From: an uncultured delta proteobacterium
GTDB taxonomy: Bacteria; Desulfobacterota; Syntrophia; Syntrophales; UBA2185
Assembly: GCA_963695875.1 (NCBI GenBank)
Contig: CAVOID010000005.1
Location: forward strand, 150,484 to 214,483
Direction of reading: 5' to 3'
Length of the DNA: 64,000 nt
Position numbers and translations under genes: made by a program. Shown here piece after piece: positions 32,679-40,200 of this stretch. Within the stretch, counting starts at the first letter, position 1, and every line of letters begins with the position of its first letter. Below the pieces are notes generated by a model. It did no database searches. It was not told the DNA's origin and was given only the letters and a program-made list of their open reading frames with translations.

Positions 32679-33066
32679 ATGAGTGTAAAACGAGTTTCAG
32701 CGATTATCACTGTAATCCTTTCCATCCTTTTATTCGTCGCTGCGGTTGCGCCATCTTTTTCTGCCGAGTTTAAAAACATCCCCGTAGCAGGGCATGGTGA
32801 CTATGGTGGACCTGGGAGCAACTAAATGCATTCCCTGCAAGATGATGGCCCCCATCCTTAAAAAACTGGAAAATCGTTATGCGGGAAAGGCGGCTATTGT
32901 TTTCCTGGACGTGTGGGAAGACCCAAAGCCGGCGTACCACTTTGGAATTCGGATCATACCTACACAGATTTTCTTCAATAAAAGAGGAGAAGAAGTGTAT
33001 CGCCACGAAGGTTTCATGAGCGAGGAGGAGATCGTGGCCATCCTACAGAAATTGGGTGTGACCTGA
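32679..33066 (+). CDS. Exported thioredoxin-family protein; +1 frameshift near 32791
   Basis: The signal-peptide ORF joins the CIPC thioredoxin ORF (IPVAG/MVTMVDLG) if one G is removed. Confidence 0.8.
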
Positions 33067-33071
33067 GGGAG

Positions 33072-33786
33072 ATGAGCATGCTGGAGACGTTTTTTATTAC
33101 GGTGAATCAATGGCTCACAGGGTCACCCCTGCTGGCTTCTGCGGGAAGCTTCCTCTGGGGGATGATCAGCGTCCTGTTCAGCCCCTGCCATCTGGCCTCG
33201 ATTCCCTTGATCGTCGCCTATGTAGGGGGACAGGAAGCGGCTCTGAAACCCCGGCAGGCTGCACATTACGCCATCGCTTTTACCCTTGGCCTGTTTATCA
33301 CCATCGCTGTGATCGGCATTGTCTGCGCCTTCCTGGGCCGGATGTTAGGCGACGTCGGGAATTACTGGCAGATACTGGTTGGCCTGATCCTTTTCTGGGT
33401 CGCCCTGGGCATGATGGGGGTTGAAGCATGCTCCGCCTCCGGCAGCCTTCTCTACCGTCTCAACCTGCGGGGGATATGGGGTGCCTTTGGACTGGGTCTG
33501 GCTTATGGTGTGCTGTCCGGCTCCTGCACGTTCGGCTTCATCGCGCCCATTCTTGGCGATCATTACCATTCAGCAGAAAGTGACCATCGGCATCCTTTTC
33601 ATCACGCTGTTTGCCCTCGGTCACTGCCTTCCCATCGTGATAGCGGGCAGTTCCACGGCCATGGTGAGAAAACTGATCGAAAATCAGACCTGGCAGGGGG
33701 CGGGTTTGTGGTTCCGCAAAGGCGCCGGGGCACTCATCGCTGTTTTGGGGATCTATTTTATCGGCAATCCTTTTTGGGGAAATTAA
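33072..33786 (+). CDS. ccdA: CcdA/DsbD-type membrane disulfide transporter; +1 frameshift near 33556
   Basis: FSPCHLASIP and SCTFGF; the TM helices continue in the frame that ends at 33786. Confidence 0.82.
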
Positions 33787-34041
33787 ATGAAAGAAAAGAT
33801 CATGATCTACGGAACAGACACCTGACCCTTCTGCAACCAGGCTCGGGCAGCCTACGGCGACAGGGCCATCTATATCAATGTCAATGAAGACCCGAAGAGA
33901 CTTGAGGAAATGCTGGTCTATTCTGGCGGCAAGATGCAGGTACCCGTGATTGTGGAAGGCAACAAGGTCTCTGTCGGTTTCGCCGGGGATATTTCCCTGC
34001 GCGGTGGCATCCCCATTTTCGGAGGCACCTGACCGGTGAAA
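33787..34041 (+). CDS. Glutaredoxin-like selenoprotein (Uxx-star-like) with two in-frame UGA codons; exact stop uncertain
   Basis: MKEKIMIYGTDT-U-PFC...QVPVIV...GF...FGGT-U-PV. UGA codons at 33823 and 34030, each followed by a hairpin. As assembled, the next in-frame TAA is at 34111. Confidence 0.8.
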
Positions 34042-34105
34042 CGGCCCCTCGGTGAGGGGGAAAAAAGCAGAAAAACAAATATATTCAGGAAGGAGGCTTA
34101 TTTGC

Positions 34106-34882
34106 ATGTTTAAATCCATCGGTTTTATCGGGGGCGGAAGGGTTGCCAGGATTATCCTGGGCGGTTTGGAACGGAAGAAGAAGTGGCCCGGCAAGGTGAT
34201 CGTCAGCGACGCCAATGCCGATGTTCTGAAAGATCTGCAAAAGCGATTCCCGAAGATTGAGGCGGCAGGTGATGATCCTAAGAAACCCGCTGCCACCGAT
34301 GTGGTTTTCCTTGCCCTCCATCCACCGGCGATCATGGGAATTCTCGGCGAAGTGAAATCAAAGCTCCGCCGGGACGCGATTGTCGTTTCCCTGGCCCCGA
34401 AAGTATCCATCTCTCAGATTTCCGGTGGACTTGACGGATTTTCCCGTATCGTCCGGATGATTCCCAATGCGCCGGCGGTCGTGAATAAAGGATTCAATCC
34501 GCTGGCGTTCTCCGCCGTATTTCCAAAGGACGAGAAGAAAAAACTGCGCACATGGTTCAATGTCCTGGGAGACTGCCCCGAAGTGGCGGAAGAAAAACTG
34601 GAAGCCTACGCCGTGATCACCGCCATGGGACCGACTTATTTCTGGTTCCAGTTCTATGAACTGGAGGAACTGGGAAAGACCTTCGGTATGACCCCGAAAG
34701 AGGCAAAAGAAGGTCTGGCGAAAATGATGAAGGGCGCTCTCAAGACCATGACCGATTCCGGTTTGTCCCCCAGCGAGGTTATGGATCTGATCCCCGTAAA
34801 ACCCCTCGGTGAGGAAGAGGCAAACATCCGGAACATTTATCGCACAAAGCTCCAGGGATTGTACAGCAAACTGAAAGGATAA
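34106..34882 (+). CDS. Pyrroline-5-carboxylate reductase-like NAD(P)-dependent oxidoreductase
   Basis: GFIGGGR Rossmann motif, RMIPN, AMGPTY; AGGAGG RBS. Confidence 0.8.
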   Translation: MFKSIGFIGGGRVARIILGGLERKKKWPGKVIVSDANADVLKDLQKRFPKIEAAGDDPKKPAATDVVFLALHPPAIMGILGEVKSKLRRDAIVVSLAPKVSISQISGGLDGFSRIVRMIPNAPAVVNKGFNPLAFSAVFPKDEKKKLRTWFNVLGDCPEVAEEKLEAYAVITAMGPTYFWFQFYELEELGKTFGMTPKEAKEGLAKMMKGALKTMTDSGLSPSEVMDLIPVKPLGEEEANIRNIYRTKLQGLYSKLKG

Positions 34883-34902
34883 ATCATAATAAAGGGTGCA
34901 CC

Positions 34903-35217
34903 ATGAATCCTTCCGATCAGGATCCCTACATGATTCTTGGCCTCTCACCGGGTGCAACGGAAAAACGGAGCAAGAAGGCCTATCGCCGTCTTGCTATGAG
35001 ATTTCATCCGGACAAAAACCAGGATGATCCTGAAGCTGAAAAAAAATTCAAAGAAATACAATGGGCATACGAGAGCCTCCGGAGAAACAAAAGGCCTCAG
35101 TCTGTTCCACCGGATGCCGCCCCGCAAGAGCACCCATTATCTGATTCCACAGATCCGTTTTTCAACTTCTTCACGGCTTTGAGATCGCATTACACGAAGA
35201 AGAAAGATGGTAAATGA
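34903..35217 (+). CDS. Small J-domain protein
   Basis: DPYMILGL...HPDKN...FKEIQWAYE. Confidence 0.85.
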   Translation: MNPSDQDPYMILGLSPGATEKRSKKAYRRLAMRFHPDKNQDDPEAEKKFKEIQWAYESLRRNKRPQSVPPDAAPQEHPLSDSTDPFFNFFTALRSHYTKKKDGK

Positions 35218-35282
35218 GGTTCATCGGATGGCTTCCGTGGCTTACACACAAGTAAAAAAGGTAGATCATGTAGGAGTGATAT

Positions 35283-35711
35283 ATGTCTGTGCCGACAGAA
35301 AAGAAAAGAGTGCTGTTCATCTGCACTCATAACGCTGCCCGCTCCCAGATGGCCGAGGGTCTTCTTCGTGCCCTTCACGGGGACCGTTATGAAGTCTTCA
35401 GCGCCGGCACGGAACCGGACAGGGTGAGCCCGTACGCAATCAGGGTGATGGATGAAATCGGAATAGATATCAGTAATCACCGATCCAAGAATGTGACTGA
35501 ATTCCTGGATCAGAAATTCGACTATGTGGTTCCTGTTTGTGATAGTGCGAACGAGTCCTGCCCCTATTTCCCCGGCGGCAAAAAAATCCTTCACCAGAGC
35601 TTTGAAGATCCTTCCGCCCTGACCGGGACAAAAGAGGAAATCACGGCAGGTTTTCGACGCATCCGCGATGAAATCAGGAGCTGGATAGAATATGAATTCA
35701 TCAAATTGTAA
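35283..35711 (+). CDS. arsC: Thioredoxin-coupled arsenate reductase (LMW-PTP fold)
   Basis: CTHNAARSQMAE P-loop, VCD...CP, FEDP. Confidence 0.9.
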   Translation: MSVPTEKKRVLFICTHNAARSQMAEGLLRALHGDRYEVFSAGTEPDRVSPYAIRVMDEIGIDISNHRSKNVTEFLDQKFDYVVPVCDSANESCPYFPGGKKILHQSFEDPSALTGTKEEITAGFRRIRDEIRSWIEYEFIKL

Positions 35712-35741
35712 TTGAAAAAAATAAGCAGAAAGGATGGATAT

Positions 35742-36835
35742 ATGTCAGATGGTATTGTGAAGAGGTTGTCGTTTCTTGATCGGTTTCTGACTATCTGGAT
35801 TTTTTTGGCGATAGGAGCGGGAATCGCAATCGGTTTTTTTCTCCCGGGAGTATCAACCTTCATTACCGGCATGCAGGTTGGTACAACATCCATCCCTATT
35901 GCTATCGGGCTGATTTTGATGATGTACCCACCATTGGCCAAGGTGAAGTACGAGGAGATGGGCAAGGTATTCCGTCATAAGCGTCTGCTCTGGCATATCG
36001 CTGCTGCAGAACTGGGTCATCGGACCTCTCCTCATGTTTATTCTGCGCCATCATCTTTCTGCGGGACTACCCGGAGTACATGATAGGCGTCATCCTCGTG
36101 GGCCTGGCGCGCTGCATCGCCATGGTGATCGTGTGGAACGAACTGGCCGAGGGCGACCGTGAGCTCGCCGTTGGCCTGGTGGCCTTCAATGCAGTCTTCC
36201 AGGTTCTCTTCTATGCCGTATACATTTTTGTATTCATAACCATCGGCCTCAACTATCTTGGCCTGGTCAAGGGGCTGAACGTGAGCATCTCCATCGCAGA
36301 GGCTGCCAAGACCGTGTTCATCTACCTGGGCATCCCGTTTATCGCAGGGGTCGTCACCCGGTTCAGCCTGCTCAGGGCCAAAGGCAAAGAATGGTATGAG
36401 AACGTTTTTACTCCGACAATCAGCCCGCTGACACTCATTGCCCTTCTCTTCACCATTATCGTCATGTTCTCACTCAAAGGACAATACATCGTACAGCTTC
36501 CACTGGATGTTGTTCGCATAGCTATTCCGCTTACGATCTACTTCTTCCTTATGTGGTTCTCGACCTTCATCATCGCTTACAAGATCCGGGCAAATTATGC
36601 GCAGACCGCCACAGTCTCCTTTACTGCGGCGAGTAATGACTTCGAGCTGGCCATCGCTGTTGCCGTTGCCATCTTCGGGATCCACTCCGACCAGGCCTTT
36701 GCAACGGTCATCGGCCCCTTGCTGGAGGTGCCCGTGCTCATCAGCTTGGTGAACGTCGCCATGTGGCTGCGAAAGAAGTACTTTCCCCACGCTGTAGAGA
36801 CAGCGGAAGGGATCTGCTACCTCAGTTGTAAATGA
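35742..36835 (+). CDS. acr3: Acr3 arsenite efflux transporter; two +1 frameshifts near 35991 and 36046
   Basis: LDRFLTIWI and MMYPPL; the intervening frame reads LLQNWVIGP; then [25 protein letters not shown]. Confidence 0.92.
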
Positions 36836-37009
36836 ATGTTTTTGAAGAAGAGGAAGAAAATGGCAACTTGAATCTTCTTGGTATAGACATTATGAAATGT
36901 AAGGCTAAATAGGTGAAGAAACTTCTGATCGTCGAGGAAGCGATGCGGGTATCAGTGCCAGTTCTGAGGGCCAGGGAAATTGATCTGGATATGAATGTGA
37001 CCGTGTCAG

Positions 37010-37108
37010 GTATTCGTTACGGTCATAGGGCATTTGATTGAAGTGCCGGTGCTTATCATGCTCGTGAACGTGGCCCTTAATTTCAAGAAGAAATTCTTTA
37101 CAGCTTAA
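37010..37108 (+). pseudogene. 3' remnant of a second acr3
   Basis: FVTVIGHLIEVPVLIMLVNVALNFKKKFF* parallels the C-terminus of the upstream Acr3. Confidence 0.75.
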
Positions 37109-37142
37109 AAAATGAAGTAAAATAATTTATGGAGGAAGTAAG

Positions 37143-37580
37143 ATGGCAAAAATGAAAACAATCGGTATTGAGGCAAAGTTGGATGAAAAGTTTAAGATTG
37201 AAGTAAAAGCAGGCGATCATGTCATGTATGTCGACCAGACGAAGGCAGGCGGCGGGACTGATGCGGGCGCGACCCCCCTTGAGTATTTTTTCGCGTCTCT
37301 TGCAGGCTGCATCGGCACAGTATCAAGAATCGTCGCCAATCAGAAGAGAATCAAATTGAACGGCATGGACATAAAAGTCGAAGGTGCATTCGATCTGGAG
37401 ACGTTGCTGGGCAAGAGCAAGGAAAACAGAGCCGGGTTTACCGGTATAAAAGTTACTTTAAATATTGACTCGGACATGTCGAAGGAGGAAAAGGAAGCGT
37501 TTGTTCATGAAGTGGAGAGCAGGTGCCCTGTTTCAGATAATATTACCTGCACGACTCCTGTAGTAGTTGAAATCGTTTGA
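37143..37580 (+). CDS. OsmC family protein
   Basis: GGTDAGATPLE...LAGC and RCPVSD. Confidence 0.9.
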   Translation: MAKMKTIGIEAKLDEKFKIEVKAGDHVMYVDQTKAGGGTDAGATPLEYFFASLAGCIGTVSRIVANQKRIKLNGMDIKVEGAFDLETLLGKSKENRAGFTGIKVTLNIDSDMSKEEKEAFVHEVESRCPVSDNITCTTPVVVEIV

Positions 37581-37595
37581 AATTATTCAGGCAAT

Positions 37596-37712
37596 ATTGA
37601 AGCTCTCCGCAGTAACTGCGGAGAATCTTCGATCCACAAGGAATAATGATGTTCCCCATTCGCTCGCTTACCCCGCAGCAAGCTACGGGGAATGCGCTCG
37701 CTGCCGGATTCA
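37596..37712. repeat. Two-hairpin miniature element of about 117 bp, copy 1
   Basis: Highly similar to 49473..49590; TGAA...TTCA ends. Confidence 0.85.
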
Positions 37713-37771
37713 CTAGAGCGATTTTTCCGGCGGTTGGAGGTTTTTCTTCAACCGCCCTTTTTAACTTTCCA

Positions 37772-38407
37772 TCAATCTTCACTCTTGAAACCGGCTTTCA
37801 TTTCTCCGATCTGGATGAAAGGGGTTTTCCGGTCGCACGCGAACTCATTGCGCTCGTCGCGGTAGAAGACGCAGGCGGTTTTCAATTCTTCTTTGAGCCT
37901 TGTGCGGGCACGGTGCAACCGGATCTTGGTCGCCTGAAGACCTAATCCAAGGATGTCGGCGATTTCCGCGTCTTTAAATCCTTCCAGCTCGCTGAGGATA
38001 ATGACGGATCTGTAGCTTTCTGGCAGAGTTTCGATTATTTCGCGGATGCAGCCGTTCATTTCCTGACGAATAACCCGCTCCTCGGTGGACGGGGTTCGTT
38101 CACCCGTCCAGATTTCTTTATCTTCTTCACTTTCCTCGATGTCCTCTATGTTCATTTGCTTTTCATATCCGGGAAGACTGGAGGAACGGCGCAGTCTATC
38201 CATGGCGACATTTGTCGCAATCTTATAGACCCAGGTAGACAGCTTAGATTCGCCACGGAATGATTTCAAGGCCCGGCTGATCCTGGCAAACACCTCCTGA
38301 GTTAAATCTTCCGCCTCCCCTTCTCCGACCATGCGTGTCAGGTATCGCAGAATCCTGGGGCGAAAATCGTCGTGGACTTTCTGAAAATCAAATTCACAAT
38401 CAGCCAT
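37772..38407 (-). CDS. ECF RNA polymerase sigma factor with Cys-containing C-terminal extension
   Basis: AEDLTQEVF, STWVYKIATN, KIRLHRAR; tail CVFYRDERNEFACD. Confidence 0.92.
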   Translation of the reverse strand: MADCEFDFQKVHDDFRPRILRYLTRMVGEGEAEDLTQEVFARISRALKSFRGESKLSTWVYKIATNVAMDRLRRSSSLPGYEKQMNIEDIEESEEDKEIWTGERTPSTEERVIRQEMNGCIREIIETLPESYRSVIILSELEGFKDAEIADILGLGLQATKIRLHRARTRLKEELKTACVFYRDERNEFACDRKTPFIQIGEMKAGFKSED

Positions 38408-38444
38408 GTCTATGCTCTCGTAGCTTATTAAATATCACGTCTGG

Positions 38445-38705
38445 CTATGAACAGCAACTGCACTTCTCTGTTTCCGGAGACTTAAGGGGAAGCCTGTTCC
38501 CGATAAGCTTCAAGGCGAGTTTGTCCATGCTGGATGCAGCCCCCTGCCTGACTCCATTGGCAATATTGACAGCCTCCATAATTTCATCACAGCCAATTCC
38601 TGCCTCCAGCGCTTTGCTAACAGTATATTCCAGGCAGGGGTGACAATTCGCCCCCACTGATGCTCCCACGGCAATCAATTTTTTCACTCGGTCATCCATG
38701 TGCAT
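38445..38705 (-). CDS. CMD/AhpD-like protein
   Basis: LIAVGASVGANCHPCLEY; C-terminal CSCCS. Confidence 0.82.
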   Translation of the reverse strand: MHMDDRVKKLIAVGASVGANCHPCLEYTVSKALEAGIGCDEIMEAVNIANGVRQGAASSMDKLALKLIGNRLPLKSPETEKCSCCS

Positions 38706-38710
38706 TTTCC

Positions 38711-38936
38711 TTATCTTCCTTTTATTTTGCTGAACTCTTCTTTCAGTTCCCTGATTTCTTTTTTCATCTCTTCAAGATCAGTGGGATGGGTGCTGCCCCA
38801 ACAGCAGAAACGCCCACCGGCAAATCTCGATCTGAAAAAGAGGCACATAATTATGCACAATGCTAGAAGGATTATCGGTACCACCCACCACCAGGCCCAC
38901 ACGGGCCACGAGGCAGTTTCCATACCACCAGCACAT
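38711..38936 (-). CDS. Small Trp-rich membrane protein with coiled coil; probable frameshift near 38918
   Basis: GGAGG RBS precedes ATG 38936 (MCWWYG) in a different frame from the body (TM, GGRFCC, EMKKEIRELKEE). Confidence 0.68.
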
Positions 38937-39035
38937 ATCTTTTATTCCTCCTTGTTATTTTCGATCTCATCTTTGCAGTTACAAGTATACATCAACCGCC
39001 TGTTTCGATAGTTTCTGCGCACTTGACAGATGAGA

Positions 39036-39230
39036 TCATTCCATCTTGCTGCCACAGAAAGACTTCATCTTTTCCATCATAGCCTTCTTATCCTCTTCAG
39101 ACATATCCTTCATGTTACTGCATGGGCACATCGCGGTCATCTTCTCAAAACAGGCCTTCATTTTATTCTTATCCTCCTCTGCCATGCTGCTGAAAAACCC
39201 TTGCATCATTGGACCAAACATCTTTTCCAT
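39036..39230 (-). CDS. Small Met/Cys-rich protein with internal repeat
   Basis: AGGAGG RBS; repeats MAEEDKNKM / MSEEDKKAM. May extend to 38992 if a base is missing near 39040. Confidence 0.7.
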   Translation of the reverse strand: MEKMFGPMMQGFFSSMAEEDKNKMKACFEKMTAMCPCSNMKDMSEEDKKAMMEKMKSFCGSKME

Positions 39231-39312
39231 TTCGTGCCTCCTTATAATTTACTAACTTATGAACCCTTTTGTCACAAATACGCTCTATACGATCGCCTTT
39301 TCCATAAACCGC

Positions 39313-39843
39313 CTATTTTGAACACCCGGTGCACCCACATGCGGCAACGTTTTCTTCGGCTGCTTTCCCTTGTTCCATATCGGCAAGGACTTTGTCCGCG
39401 ACCTGCCGGGCCACCTTTTTTCGCTCTTCTTCGGGTACGTCATCGATATCGAAGATATCCGTGTATTTGTTGTATACCGACAGGGCATCGAACTGGGCGA
39501 TCTTATCCTCATCGAGCAGATTTTTAAGAATCCTGCCGTGGCAATGGAGAAAACACCCATCTATGACCACGACCTTCTCCGCTTCGTTCATCCATCCAGC
39601 GATGGCAGACGTGGGAACTGTGAACATCTCCCCGTGGCAACCGCGGCGGTAAGGTTCTTCCTTCGCAACCAGATTAGCGGCAAGGCGGGCGATTTCCCCA
39701 CGTATACAGGCACCTTCACAGGAAATCACAGGGATTTTCCCCTCATTCCGATTTTGATTACCCACGCGTTCCCCCATGGCACAGACACCCTTCGTTCCAT
39801 CAACAACGATTGAAAATTGCTTCTTTGATTTCTCCATTGTCAT
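39313..39843 (-). CDS. DGC-domain putative zinc-binding protein
   Basis: SCEGACIRGE and IDGCFLHC; AAAGGAG RBS; tail CGCTGC. Confidence 0.85.
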   Translation of the reverse strand: MTMEKSKKQFSIVVDGTKGVCAMGERVGNQNRNEGKIPVISCEGACIRGEIARLAANLVAKEEPYRRGCHGEMFTVPTSAIAGWMNEAEKVVVIDGCFLHCHGRILKNLLDEDKIAQFDALSVYNKYTDIFDIDDVPEEERKKVARQVADKVLADMEQGKAAEENVAACGCTGCSK

Positions 39844-39870
39844 TCTTCTCCTTTGCCTCTTTTTATTCCT

Positions 39871-39900
39871 ATAGACGGAAAAAGAACAAAAAAAGATACA
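39871..39900 (-). promoter_or_regulatory. Candidate autoregulatory ECF-sigma promoter
   Basis: TGTATC-N17-CGTCTA, 28 nt upstream of the first gene of the operon that encodes the ECF sigma. Confidence 0.6.
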
Positions 39901-40005
39901 TTCAAAGTGTAGCAGGCACTTCAAATATAGGAAGGTCATGCTATCGATTCCCCTCACGATGCTGATTAGATTGCCCGGTAAAAACGATATTAAGGTCATT
40001 AATCA

Positions 40006-40034
40006 TTGACATATAATTATCTTTTCTCTATATT
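40006..40034 (+). promoter_or_regulatory. Sigma70 promoter
   Basis: TTGACA-N17-TATATT upstream of the Lon-type gene. Confidence 0.6.
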
Positions 40035-40200
40035 TTTCCATAGAGACAAATCGGGTTGCTTATCAAAGACGATCTCTGATATTCAATTGAAAAAGATTTC
40101 CCAGACCTCAATTCTCATGCCGAATGGCGAGGCTCATTATAGCGGAGGCTGTTTGCAAAGATTGAACATTAAACTGCAGTAAATAGAAGGATTCTATTCT

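Noticed and set aside
39036..39038. TGA as selenocysteine in the Met-rich protein
   Set aside because: There is no redox-motif context and no convincing hairpin; a true stop or a 1-nt deletion is simpler.
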